DNA of 64,000 nt from Ostreococcus lucimarinus (taxonomy: Eukaryota), in assembly GCA_000092065.1 (NCBI GenBank), contig CP000585.1. One strand, given 5' to 3'. This document shows positions 49,343 to 59,175 of the stretch, in pieces. Position 1 is the stretch's first letter; each line of letters starts with the position of its first letter. A program made the translations under genes and the position numbers. The notes below the pieces were generated by a model that had not been told where the DNA came from, did not search any database, and was given only the letters and a program-made list of their open reading frames with translations.

Positions 49343-52300
49343 TCAGCGGGAGTCGGCGCAACACGCGAAACAAGCCATAGACGCCGCGCAACACGCTTTG
49401 TGATACGTGTGCGCGCACATAAAGGTGATGAGCTCGCCGTCGTTGGGGCACAGGAGGGAGTGACTACACGCGGGGCAGCGACGAAGATCCATCTTGATGC
49501 CCCAGTCGCCAAAATCTTCGATGGCGGGCGCGATTGGGTTCTCGTGAGGCACTTTCAGAGTAAATTGTGACACTCCGTCATCAGCATCGGTAGACGAGCG
49601 ACATACAAACGGTAATTGGTCCACGACACCGTCGATCTCCGCCGCGAGCGCGGCTTGGAGCTGTGGAAATCTTCCAAACTGCCGCATGGGTGGCCGCGAT
49701 AAGTGTGCGTCAAGTGGCTCGAGAAGCTTGGCAGCGCCACGGCGTAAGTCCAAATCCACAGAATTTTCGGAAGTCAAGAATGTGGTGACATTTGTGAAAA
49801 TACGACTGAGAGCTCTGGATATGGATTCGTTCGTGTTCATCGGTGATATCGCTTTCGACAACTTCTCCTCTTCTGAAGCCTTGGCAAGCGCTCGAATGAC
49901 TTCCGCCGCTCCAACTGCGGCGGAACCTACGCGCGAGACTAACATAAGATGCGATACGCCGTGCTCGAGAGCCGCAGATGTGTCAGCGCCGTCAAGCGAC
50001 TCTAAAGTCTGGAGAAGCGCCCGCCTAAGACATTCTGATACGATAGCCGACGCTTCTGCAACATCGGTTGATCGAAGCGATGCCACACATTCGGACTCCA
50101 AAGATTGACTCATATCAATCGCACCTCCTTCCGTCAACGCTGCAGTTACACTTGCCATTGTCATTGAGTCCGTCGAATGTTCCGCTGACGCGAGAGACGT
50201 TTGAGTCTCACGATTCTTTGGCGGCGTTTGCTTTTTCACCGCTGCGACGTCGAGCTTGAGTTCATCACACACTGCGTCAAGCTCTTTCTCAACGTTTTCT
50301 AACAGCGAACTCCATTGCAGTTTTATCTTAGCGGTGAGTGGTGCATCTTCGCCCTTTTCAAAGCGTGTCAGAAGTTCAATCGACTCGGCGCGTATATTGC
50401 GCCAACGCCGAAGCGAAGGCAGGAGAATCGACGCGTCGAGGCTCATTCGACACTCTTTAAGTTTCGTGACGGAGTCGACGATCGCGGCGACTCGTACATT
50501 CGTCATAAATCTGTACTGAATCCGAGCGTTTTGCTCGGGCAATGGAGTGTCAGTGGAGTCAAGTGTCGACGTCGTCTTAATGTCTTCGTAACAGCTCCAA
50601 TGCTCAAAATGCGCCCCTCGAATTGGGAGCAAACACTTCACGCTATCCATCGCCTTTTGCCACTCTTGAGCATCGAACGCGTCACACTCTTCCCATTCGA
50701 TGTCATTGTTTGGTAAATCAACCCCGTAATTCTTGGATTTTGTCGGCGAGACTACTTTCACGTTGCTTTGTAGTATGACTGCAGGCTCGTTTGATTCGAC
50801 ATCGTCCAGAATGAGCGCGTGTCGCTTCTTCACCTTTCCATTTGCCTTCGGCGCGAATTCTCCATCTACCTTGGATGTCTTGGAAACGCCACGAGGATTG
50901 TAAAAGAAGATGCCTCCTTCGGTTTCCGCCTTCGGGAACTCGTTCGAAGCTGGGGCAGCCAATTCGGACAATGGTCGATCAATCGTCGAACGATCTCTAC
51001 CGAGAGGTGGTTTTCCGAGATCGAAGTCCGGCGTCTTTGGTGCTTTCGGTGATGATACTTCTTCCTCGGTCACGAGCTCGCGCAGGTCAACTTCGGTGTC
51101 CTTCTTCGCCGGCGCCAACTTCGAGCCCACTTGTTCGCCCCATTGCACGAGAAACGCAAGCCTACTATTTACTCCGGCGGCGTCCGCTTCCGACGAATCC
51201 AACGCCTCTTTCGCCCTTCTGAATAAGCCGTCGTCGTACGAGTTTGTCTTGCGGCAAATGTCTAGGGCACGGATGAATGCACTTGCAGAGGATGTCTCGC
51301 TCACGACGTCATGCGCAAGCGCCTTGGCGTCGACGAATGATTCCAAACACCACACCGAATTCCCACTGTCTTCAGATGGCGTCAGGAAAAACGCTCGATG
51401 ATCAACTGTGCATGCATCGACGAAACCAGCGCTCAAACTTTCGCTCCCTGGCTCTTTTAGGGGATACCATCTAACGATTGCTGGAGTAGCGACGTCGATG
51501 ATGGCGACTGCGCGCTCCGTCGTCGACAACACGCAAGGTCCTAAACGATGCAAGAGGCCAAACTCTAGTTTCTTTGACGCGCGTTTCACCGCATCCGCGG
51601 ATTCACTCGATTGATCCCATCCTGGTACGCTGGAAGGCACTGGCACTTCGGGTTTGATGGTTGCCATGATTTCCACGTCGGCTCGCTCAGAGTCAACATT
51701 GTCCACTTTGGCAATCCACAGCTTACGCCCCGGTCGTGACACCACAGCATGCTCTACTACCCTCACACCTTCTAATTCTTCGTCCCATTCGTCTTCCTCT
51801 TCCACGGGATCGTCATCTTCTACGCTCAAACTTGCGTACCCGTGGAAGCAACTTCCGTACGATCCTTCGCGCTGCTTGCTACCTATATTCGACGTCGTTC
51901 CGCTATGCGCTCCCTGCACAATCACGAGTTGTGCGCTAGATTGTGCGCTTGTTATCACGTGACGACCGCTCGGTGACGCATCGAGCTGATGCACCGCACT
52001 ACTCACGTCTGTGTACGATGTCTTATTCACCGGCGCCGGTCTCGCGCCCGTGCGGCCACCGTCGCACCACTCCACGAACGCTGCGCACGACGTCACCGTC
52101 ACCACCCCTTGATCGCTTCCCGCATACAACACCCGCGAATCGCTCGACCACGACAGCGCCGTGACAGCTCGTCCTTCATGCGTGCTCGACAGAAACGCCA
52201 CCGTCGATCCCAGCGCGCTTCTCCGCGGCGCCTCCTCCCGCGTCAATCCATCGAGCTCAATCACCCTCACGTGTCCATCTGCGAACCCCAGCGCGCACAT

Positions 52301-52759
52301 TCGTCCGCATGGCGACGCTCTGATCGTCCGCACGCTCTGCGGCGCCGCGCGCGCGCCCACATTCCCCTGTCGTCTCGCGCTCGGCTCGACCAATTCCGGC
52401 GACACCACCGCGACGAATCTCGCGCGTCGTTCCACGCCTCCCGCGCCATCATCGCGCGCCCTCGATCGCGCGAACACGTACGCCGACCCAGTGTTCGCCC
52501 CCAAAATCACCAGCGCGCGCGTGGCATCGACGCACGTGAACCGAACGCGTTTAGAGCTCACGGCTCGCAAATCCGCGCTCGACGCCACGCAGCGCCATCG
52601 CGGCGCCATCGCGCCCGCATCGTCCCCCGAGCGCGTCGACGCGACGCTCGCATCGTCCGCGCGCGCGCGTTCGATCGCCGCCGCGTCTTCGTCCGGCATC
52701 GCGCCGCCGCGCGCGCGACTCTGCCGCGCTCCAATCGCCGCGCGTCGCGTTCGACGCAC
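49343..52759 (-). CDS. WD40 protein with C-terminal RING-H2-like zinc finger, Vps8/Vps41-like (CORVET/HOPS candidate)
   Basis: 1138-aa ORF. The N-terminal third has WD40-like strands (VRVIELDG, VTALSWSSDSRVLYAGSDQGVV). The C-terminus is CPACSHSLLCPNDGELITFMCAHTYHKACCAASMACFAC, a C-x2-C...C-x-H-x2-H...C-x2-C pattern. The middle is alpha-solenoid-like. Confidence 0.5.
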   Translation of the reverse strand: MRRTRRAAIGARQSRARGGAMPDEDAAAIERARADDASVASTRSGDDAGAMAPRWRCVASSADLRAVSSKRVRFTCVDATRALVILGANTGSAYVFARSRARDDGAGGVERRARFVAVVSPELVEPSARRQGNVGARAAPQSVRTIRASPCGRMCALGFADGHVRVIELDGLTREEAPRRSALGSTVAFLSSTHEGRAVTALSWSSDSRVLYAGSDQGVVTVTSCAAFVEWCDGGRTGARPAPVNKTSYTDVSSAVHQLDASPSGRHVITSAQSSAQLVIVQGAHSGTTSNIGSKQREGSYGSCFHGYASLSVEDDDPVEEEDEWDEELEGVRVVEHAVVSRPGRKLWIAKVDNVDSERADVEIMATIKPEVPVPSSVPGWDQSSESADAVKRASKKLEFGLLHRLGPCVLSTTERAVAIIDVATPAIVRWYPLKEPGSESLSAGFVDACTVDHRAFFLTPSEDSGNSVWCLESFVDAKALAHDVVSETSSASAFIRALDICRKTNSYDDGLFRRAKEALDSSEADAAGVNSRLAFLVQWGEQVGSKLAPAKKDTEVDLRELVTEEEVSSPKAPKTPDFDLGKPPLGRDRSTIDRPLSELAAPASNEFPKAETEGGIFFYNPRGVSKTSKVDGEFAPKANGKVKKRHALILDDVESNEPAVILQSNVKVVSPTKSKNYGVDLPNNDIEWEECDAFDAQEWQKAMDSVKCLLPIRGAHFEHWSCYEDIKTTSTLDSTDTPLPEQNARIQYRFMTNVRVAAIVDSVTKLKECRMSLDASILLPSLRRWRNIRAESIELLTRFEKGEDAPLTAKIKLQWSSLLENVEKELDAVCDELKLDVAAVKKQTPPKNRETQTSLASAEHSTDSMTMASVTAALTEGGAIDMSQSLESECVASLRSTDVAEASAIVSECLRRALLQTLESLDGADTSAALEHGVSHLMLVSRVGSAAVGAAEVIRALAKASEEEKLSKAISPMNTNESISRALSRIFTNVTTFLTSENSVDLDLRRGAAKLLEPLDAHLSRPPMRQFGRFPQLQAALAAEIDGVVDQLPFVCRSSTDADDGVSQFTLKVPHENPIAPAIEDFGDWGIKMDLRRCPACSHSLLCPNDGELITFMCAHTYHKACCAASMACFACCADSR

Positions 52760-52846
52760 TTCGCGGCGTCACACGCGCGCGCGCGTCTCGCGCCGCGCCG
52801 CGACGCGCATCGCGAGAGACTCGCGCGACGCCGCGCGCGCGCGACG

Positions 52847-53695
52847 ATGTCGACGCGCATCGCGCCGCGGTACGAGTTGTTTTTCAAAGATGTGAAGTGT
52901 CTCGAGACGGAACTGCGCGCGCTGCGTCGCCGAACGTCGTCGGCGACGACGCGCGTGAACGTGCCGAACAAGGATAAAAAAGACGATTTGATCGCGTGGA
53001 TCGACGCCGCGCGAACGCTGAGCGATGATGTCGATGTGGTGCCGCATTACTCGATGAAGAATCAGTACAGGAGGGACGCGAACCAAAGCGTCGAGGCGGT
53101 GAAGGCGTTCGCGGACGCGATGACGGCGCGGAACATCGATCGGTGCTTGTTGGTGAGTGGAAGTGGGAGTCGAAAGTGCGATAGCGTCGAGGTGCTGCGT
53201 CGGTTGGCGATGGATCGAGAGTGGAAAAGGCGGGCGTCGACTTTTCGATTCGACGTGGCGTATAATCCGCATTTTGACGAAGGAAGCGACGCGGCGGCGC
53301 GAGAGTTTGAACGGTTGGAGAAAAAAATGCGCGGAGGGCTCGTTCGTGGGGTTTGGTTTCAAATTGGAAGCGATGTGGAGAAGTTGGAGCGAGGTTTGGA
53401 GCGCGTCCGCGACTTGGCGCCGGATGCCGAAATTTACGGCTCGGTTTTTCTGCCTTCGAAGCAGCTTCTCGCGCGCATGAAATTCAGGCCGTGGGCTGGT
53501 GTTTTCTTGAGTGATGAATACTTGTCGAGCGTCGAACGCGCCGAAGAAATCACGATCGCTCAGATGGCGTGCCTGGTTCGGCATGGCGCGACGCCTTTCA
53601 TCGAGTCTCCGGTGACGAAAGACGAGGATTGGGCACAGTGTGAGCGCTTGCTGGCGGCGGCGGCGAAACGCGTCGACGAGAGCGGCAAACTTTAA
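52847..53695 (+). CDS. Divergent methylenetetrahydrofolate reductase (MetF/MTHFR)-family TIM-barrel protein (tentative)
   Basis: 282-aa model from MSTRIAPRYELFFKDVK. The C-terminal half FDVAYNPHFDEGSD...LEKKMRGGLVRGVWFQIGSDVEKLERGLERVRDLAPDAEIYGSVFLPSK resembles, by eye, MetF ISVAAYPEVHPEAKS...[49 protein letters not shown]. The upstream part of ORF 51989..53695 is antisense to the Vps-like gene and is excluded. Confidence 0.4.
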   Translation: MSTRIAPRYELFFKDVKCLETELRALRRRTSSATTRVNVPNKDKKDDLIAWIDAARTLSDDVDVVPHYSMKNQYRRDANQSVEAVKAFADAMTARNIDRCLLVSGSGSRKCDSVEVLRRLAMDREWKRRASTFRFDVAYNPHFDEGSDAAAREFERLEKKMRGGLVRGVWFQIGSDVEKLERGLERVRDLAPDAEIYGSVFLPSKQLLARMKFRPWAGVFLSDEYLSSVERAEEITIAQMACLVRHGATPFIESPVTKDEDWAQCERLLAAAAKRVDESGKL

Positions 53696-53790
53696 GTGAT
53701 GGCGCGGTAGTGGGGGGGGTCATTAATATTCATTCTTCTAAATCAGTTGTAATTTTATTCATCAAAGCAATTCGTTTTGTTCGTCGTCCG

Positions 53791-55359
53791 TCACTCGCTC
53801 GCCGCGCTAAGAGAGCGCCAACTAGCGACGAGCAGTTTTTGCACGCACTGTAGCGCAGATTTGCGAACTTCGTCGTCTTCGTGCGACATCAATCGCATGC
53901 TATGTTCTTTACCCCCTAAATCATTCGCGAGGAATCGCCCGGCTGGATAGTGAACGGCAAATTCTCCGATGTCGTTGCACGCCACGGCGAGCGTCTTCGG
54001 ATCCATCGCCTCGCTACCGTCGATGAGTTTGATCAGCACGCGCAATATTTGACAGTTGTTATCCGTCAACTTTGTCGCGCACTCTCGCCAGAACCCTTCA
54101 TCCTTGTGCGCCGCGCTCCACTCCAAACTTCCGCTCATGACTTCGTCTCTGTATCTCTCCCAGCTGCTCGCCTCTTTGCGTCGAGCGCGCAAATCTTCGT
54201 CCAACTCAGCGAGCGTCGAAGCGAGCTCTTCGTCTTCGAACCCGCGAAGGGACAAGTTGTGCACGAGCTTGCGAAGGGACTCGTCCACGGCGGTGAAATT
54301 ATCACCCACAGCGTCGCCATCGACGCCATGCCGGTCGGTGATGTTCTTCAACGCCAAGATACACGCGCGAATGACTTTTTCCTTCGTCGCGGCGCCCGCG
54401 CACGACATCAAAGCCTTCACGCTCGCCGCACCTCGAGCGCACATTTCCCTCCGTCCTTCGGCGGAGAAACTCATCAACCAAAAACATAACGCCACCTCGT
54501 ACATCGTTTGCACGCTAAACCGATCGCTCGCTCGTAAAATCGGCGTCAACCCGTCCACAATCCCCTCGTTCGTCGCTAACGCCCGCGCCTCGGGCATGTC
54601 CAACACCCCCGCGAGCGCGGACGCCACCGACGGCACGACGTCGTCTCCGCGCTCCTCCACGCGCTCTCTCGCTCGCAGCTCCTTCCCGCACCACGACACG
54701 ATCGTCCGCACCGCGTGCGCCACGCTCTCCGCCTTCGCCCCTCCCCCCCCGTTCCTCGGCCGTCGACCTATCATCATCCTCAGCGTTCGACTCGCCGTCT
54801 CCTTGATGAACCGCGAGTTCGCGTCCTCCGGTCTCGCGAGCGTCTTCGCCAGCACTCGATACGCGTCCGCCTCCGCCGCGCCTCCGATCGCCGCCATCGT
54901 CTCGTCCTCGCACGTCTCCGGATCGTAATTCACGAACGCATCGACGCCGAGCCACTCGTCCTCCGCGCGGTCGTCGTCGTCCCTCGCGCCGTTCGTCCGC
55001 GTCGCCGCCTCCACCAGCGCCAGCACGTGCTCCGTCGCCGCCGTCGCGCCGACGTTCGACAGCGTCCCCAGCAGCGTCTCGCACACCGCCCGTCCGTGGT
55101 GTCGCATCGTCGCTCGCATCGTTTTCCTCGCCTCCATCGCGCGTCGCCGTCGTCCCTCGTCGTCGTCGTCGTCGTCGTCGTCGTCCATCGCGTCCCGCGC
55201 GACGTCCGCGATCTTCATCAACCGCGCGACGTCCTCCTCGCGAAGCAACCGACCGCGGACGAACGCGTCCCAGCGCGGGGCGTCGCGGAGTCGCGCCGCG
55301 CGCGTCCGCGCGCGCTCGGTGTCGCTCGCGCGCGACATGCGGAGCGCGCGCGTCGTCAA
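53791..55359 (-). CDS. VHA-H: V-type proton ATPase subunit H (VMA13)
   Basis: The C-terminal domain EASSWERYRDEVMSGSLEWSAAHKDEGFWRE...LIKLIDGSEAMDPKTLAVACNDIGEFAVHYPAGRFLANDLGGKEHSMRLMSHEDDEVRKSALQCVQKLLV matches the conserved subunit H C-terminus by eye. The N-terminal armadillo-like region has an Asp-rich insert. Confidence 0.75.
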   Translation of the reverse strand: MTTRALRMSRASDTERARTRAARLRDAPRWDAFVRGRLLREEDVARLMKIADVARDAMDDDDDDDDDEGRRRRAMEARKTMRATMRHHGRAVCETLLGTLSNVGATAATEHVLALVEAATRTNGARDDDDRAEDEWLGVDAFVNYDPETCEDETMAAIGGAAEADAYRVLAKTLARPEDANSRFIKETASRTLRMMIGRRPRNGGGGAKAESVAHAVRTIVSWCGKELRARERVEERGDDVVPSVASALAGVLDMPEARALATNEGIVDGLTPILRASDRFSVQTMYEVALCFWLMSFSAEGRREMCARGAASVKALMSCAGAATKEKVIRACILALKNITDRHGVDGDAVGDNFTAVDESLRKLVHNLSLRGFEDEELASTLAELDEDLRARRKEASSWERYRDEVMSGSLEWSAAHKDEGFWRECATKLTDNNCQILRVLIKLIDGSEAMDPKTLAVACNDIGEFAVHYPAGRFLANDLGGKEHSMRLMSHEDDEVRKSALQCVQKLLVASWRSLSAASE

Positions 55360-55376
55360 ATCACGACGCGCTTTCG

Positions 55377-55799
55377 ATGCCGATGCCGACGCTCGCGACG
55401 CGCGCGACGACGCCGGCGCGCGTCGCGAACCGCCGAGACGCGCCGATCGCGCGCGCGTTCGGCGACGCTCGCTTTTGGCGGTCGGACGCGCAGAAGATGA
55501 ACGCGCTGCGGCACGAGCTCGAGACGCAGCGGGCGGAGACGCTGCGGTTGCATCGCGAGCGACGCATCGCGGACGACGCGCGCGCGGTCGCGGAGGAGCG
55601 ATGCGCGATGTACGAGACGCGGTGCGAGCGGCAAGAGCGAGAGATCTTCGCGCTCGAGCGACAGTTGGAGGAGAAGACGAACGGGGTGGAGACGGCGATG
55701 ATGGTGGCGCGTCGACAGATCAAGTGGCAAGAAGAGCGCTACGAGGCGCTGGCGAAAGAAGCGGAGGCGCTGCGGGAAGCGATCGCTGCGGGTAAGTAA
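55377..55799 (+). CDS. Hypothetical coiled-coil protein (uncertain)
   Basis: 140-aa ORF in the 470-bp gap between two minus-strand genes. It has a heptad-like region LRHELETQRAETLRLHRERRIADDARAVAEERCAMYETRCERQEREIFALERQLEEK. The ATG lies only 17 bp from the V-ATPase H start; an internal Met (55497) is possible. Could be a GC-frame artefact. Confidence 0.25.
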   Translation: MPMPTLATRATTPARVANRRDAPIARAFGDARFWRSDAQKMNALRHELETQRAETLRLHRERRIADDARAVAEERCAMYETRCERQEREIFALERQLEEKTNGVETAMMVARRQIKWQEERYEALAKEAEALREAIAAGK

Positions 55800-55829
55800 A
55801 TTAAAAAATGTTGATCAAGCGCGCGGGAG

Positions 55830-58448
55830 CTAACGGGGCGAGGCGTCGTCGCCGTTGACGCGCGCGTTGGTGAGAACGTCGTCCTGACGAAGCGCGCCGA
55901 CGATGCAGCCTTGCTCGTCGACGACGGCGATTAAAGCGGCGGAGTCGCGAACGCACATCATGGCGACGTCGCCGACGGTGGTTTCGTCGAGCGAAAGACG
56001 CTCGGGGGCGGCGCTCATGACCTGACCGACGGTAATGTCGGTGCCGACGCAGCCGTCGGCCCGACGAAACGTGCCGACGGGGATGCCAGTTTCGTCGTCG
56101 ATGACGACGGCGTTGACGTTGGCGCCTAAAGACTCGAGCGCGTCGGCGACAGAGTCGCTGCGACGGACGATGTCGCCGCGGCGCATGCACTCGCCCACGT
56201 TTGGAAGCACGGATGCGATCGGTTCGCCCGGCGCGACGCCCTTCTTGAACAGGAGAGGCTCCACGGCGCCGACTTGCACGGCGTTGGCCCAACCGCCTCG
56301 CGGTGGAGGCGCCGGTGAGGCGCCGATGCCTTGCTCGTCGAATTCGTCGTACGACCACGCACCGTCGAGTAAGTCGAGCGCCTGCGTGACGCTCCACACG
56401 TCCGGCTTTTCCCATCGACAGAGCGAACCATTGTGATTTAACACGACGTCGTCGTCCAAGGGATCGAATTCTTGCGCGCCGTCGTCGTCCTCTTCATCGA
56501 ACGATTGCGCCGCGTTGTCGAAGTTGGCGTCACACTCGAGGACTTCCTGGACAAAGAGCGCGACGAGAACACCGGACGATCGGTCGCGAAATACCCTAGC
56601 CGCAGCCTCTTCGTTACCATTCTGAACGCGGAAAATCGCGGCGCGCGCACCCTCGACGTTGCCGGCCGCGGCGCACGCTTCGGCCTCAAACATGTCGCAC
56701 TCGGCTTTGATCTCGCCGCTCTTGTTCTTCCGCTGAAGCTTACTGCTCAGTTTTCGTACCCCTTGCTCGTCGCCGTTCGTCGCCAACAGTCGCATGGCGG
56801 AGAAGTACACGCTCGGACTGATGTACATCTTCTTCTCGTAGCCAAAGTCGAGCGCCGTCAAAGCGGTGTCGATGTCTCCGTACGCCACAAAGGCGTTCAC
56901 GAAGGCGCCGACGACGATGCCGTCTTGCTTCACACCCTTTGCTATGAAACGACTCCAAAGATCCTTCACCACATCGACGCCACCCGCGAATTCACCACCG
57001 ACAATGTCTCGAGCCGCCGCCGTCTCCGCCACCAACGTCGTCGTGTACGAAATTTCATTCGGATGCACGTTGGCGTCTTTGATCCTATCCATTCTTCGCA
57101 GCAACGCGCGGCACCAATCGGGGCGACCAGCCTTGGCGCACGCTGAGATGGTGATGTTGTACGTCACTCTGGTCGGCTCGACGCCAGCCTTGGACATTTC
57201 AGGAAGAATGTTCAAGCATCCCAACGCGTCCTGGCTTCGGGCGCACGCCTTGACGAGCGCGTTCCAAATATACTCGTCTTCGTTAAAGTTGTCGCCGCCG
57301 CGAACGCGTCCTTCCCACGTCGTGATGCGCTTCATAAACGTGCGCGTCCGTCGCACATCACCATTCGTCGCACACGCATCGAGCGCGGCGAAGAGCATGC
57401 GCGTCGTCGCCGTTCGTTTGGGGTGCCATTGCGTTCCCATGTCGTCGCGCTTTCCGTACTTTGGCACGTCGTCCTTTGACCATTTCCACGAACCTCGCAA
57501 GACGATGTTTCCGCGTTTACCTACGCCGAATTTCCCATCCTTCGGCCCGCGGCCCTTCTCCCACTGCTCTAGCAATCCGAGCGCCTCGGTGAGACGCCCC
57601 TGTCTGGCGTATCCCAGCATGAGCGCGCTGTACGCTGGCGCCCCCGCCCCGCACTCGGACACTCCGTCGAGCTTCATCAGGAGCTTGTACGCCGTATCTA
57701 GCTCGTTGCACTTCACGCACGCCCCGATCACCGCACCCATCGTGATCTTCCTCCCCTTCGGCGTGGTCGGTATCGCGGACATCTCCAGCAAATCAAACAC
57801 GGCGTCCAGTCGTCTCGCGTCGCCCAACTCTTTGATCTTCTTCGTCAGCAGTTTCCCGTACAGCGGCCTCAACCCGTACGTCACCTTACCCGAATCTCGA
57901 CTCTGACTCCCCACCGACTGAAAACCTTGCGGCTTCACGCTTCGAATCTCCTCGTCCAGCGCCGCCGCCCGCTCCGGCGTCCCCACGAACGCGTCGTTTT
58001 CCTCGTCGAACGGCGACGCCCACCCATCGTCCTCGATCTCGTGCGCCTCCACCATCGGATCCATCGTCCCCCCCGTCGCCGTGAGATGCTCCCACGCGTC
58101 GAACCCGCGCTCGACGCCACGTCCGCGTCGCCCTCCGCGTTCGCCGCGTCTCCCGCGCGTCGCCGTCCCGTCCCTCGCGTCGTCCCCTCCCTCGTCCCTT
58201 CCCCGCTCGCCCCACGCCGCCGCGCGCGCCCGTTCGCCTCGCCGCGCGTTTCCCGCGTCACCCGCCGTCGTCGCTCGCGCGATTCCGCGCGTTCGCGTCC
58301 TCGCGCGCGCGCCCGCGTCCTCGTCCCGCGCGCGCGTCGCCATCGCGCGCGCATCCATCGCGCGTCGCCATCGCGCGCGCGCGCGTCCGATCGCGTCGCC
58401 GCGCGTCGACGCCGACGTCGACGGCGTCGACGCGATCGTCGCCCGCAT
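55830..58448 (-). CDS. Pentatricopeptide-repeat protein with C-terminal CBS domain pair (CBSPPR1-like), probable organellar presequence
   Basis: PPR-like helical hairpins (AYSALMLGYARQGRLTEALGLLEQW, IWNALVKACARSQDALGCLNILPEMSKAGVEPTRVTYNITISACAKAGRPDWCRALLRRM, VGAFVNAFVAYGDIDTAL). The C-terminal CBS-like segments are VGECMRRGDIVRRSDSVADALESL and VGDVAMMCVRDSAALIAVVDEQGCIVGALRQDDVL. The first 128 aa are Arg/Ala/Gly-rich, as in a presequence; an alternative start is the Met at 58064. Confidence 0.6.
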   Translation of the reverse strand: MRATIASTPSTSASTRGDAIGRARARWRRAMDARAMATRARDEDAGARARTRTRGIARATTAGDAGNARRGERARAAAWGERGRDEGGDDARDGTATRGRRGERGGRRGRGVERGFDAWEHLTATGGTMDPMVEAHEIEDDGWASPFDEENDAFVGTPERAAALDEEIRSVKPQGFQSVGSQSRDSGKVTYGLRPLYGKLLTKKIKELGDARRLDAVFDLLEMSAIPTTPKGRKITMGAVIGACVKCNELDTAYKLLMKLDGVSECGAGAPAYSALMLGYARQGRLTEALGLLEQWEKGRGPKDGKFGVGKRGNIVLRGSWKWSKDDVPKYGKRDDMGTQWHPKRTATTRMLFAALDACATNGDVRRTRTFMKRITTWEGRVRGGDNFNEDEYIWNALVKACARSQDALGCLNILPEMSKAGVEPTRVTYNITISACAKAGRPDWCRALLRRMDRIKDANVHPNEISYTTTLVAETAAARDIVGGEFAGGVDVVKDLWSRFIAKGVKQDGIVVGAFVNAFVAYGDIDTALTALDFGYEKKMYISPSVYFSAMRLLATNGDEQGVRKLSSKLQRKNKSGEIKAECDMFEAEACAAAGNVEGARAAIFRVQNGNEEAAARVFRDRSSGVLVALFVQEVLECDANFDNAAQSFDEEDDDGAQEFDPLDDDVVLNHNGSLCRWEKPDVWSVTQALDLLDGAWSYDEFDEQGIGASPAPPPRGGWANAVQVGAVEPLLFKKGVAPGEPIASVLPNVGECMRRGDIVRRSDSVADALESLGANVNAVVIDDETGIPVGTFRRADGCVGTDITVGQVMSAAPERLSLDETTVGDVAMMCVRDSAALIAVVDEQGCIVGALRQDDVLTNARVNGDDASPR

Positions 58449-58683
58449 CGTCGCGCGCGCGCCGTCGCGCGCGCGCCGCCGTGCCGGCGACGTCGCGCCG
58501 CGCCGCGCATCTTATCCTGAGACGCTCGAGGCGACACACGGAACAGTCCGCGGTCGGTCTGTATGCGCAAACAGTGAGAGACTGATATATGACGCGGTCG
58601 GTCGGTATGGGTAAACAGTGTGCGTACGAATACCGACGGCCCGACCGCGCGCGCCGACCGCGCGCCCGGCAGAGCGCGACGCG

Positions 58684-58966
58684 ATGGCGCGCGACGACGA
58701 CGACGACGACGACGACCGGCGGTGGTACGCGCGGCTGGTGCCCATCGTCGATGAGTCCGCGCGCGTGAAACACGTCGATCGAGCGGCGCTGACGAAGACG
58801 GCGGACGGATGCGCGCGCGCGCGCGACGCGGCGACGGCGACGGCGCGCGACGGCGCGCTGCGACTGCGCACGCGAAGCGCGGTCCTCGGACGGATCGTCA
58901 TGAACAAGGAGGGCACGGCGCGGGCGAAGACGCAACCGGCGGATCTGGCGCTGGACGTCGCGAGCG
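58684..58966 (+). CDS. FHA-domain coiled-coil protein, exon 1 (N-terminal half of FHA domain)
   Basis: MARDDDDDDDDRRWYARLVPIVDESARVKHVDRAAL...ALRLRTRSAVLGRIVMNKEG...ADLALDVAS, then G|GTGCGC donor (phase 1) at 58967. Confidence 0.45.
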
Positions 58967-59175
58967 GTGCGCGCGAGGCGAGGGCGAGGCGAGAGAGGGG
59001 GAGCGCGAGCGACGCGTTTGAAATTTGGATTCAAACGCGCGCGAGGACGAGGGGCGAAGGGTTCGGGCGCGAGCGAGCGGGCGATCGATGGCGCGGACGG
59101 ACGATCGAAAGATCGAGGGAATCGAACGCGCGGGGGACTGACGGACGCGCGCGCGTCGTGGAATCCAAATCGTAG

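Noticed and set aside
51989-52846. Upstream part of ORF 51989..53695.
   Set aside because: Arg-rich and antisense to the Vps8/41-like gene N-terminus. Only the segment from Met 52847 shows protein-like composition and family resemblance.
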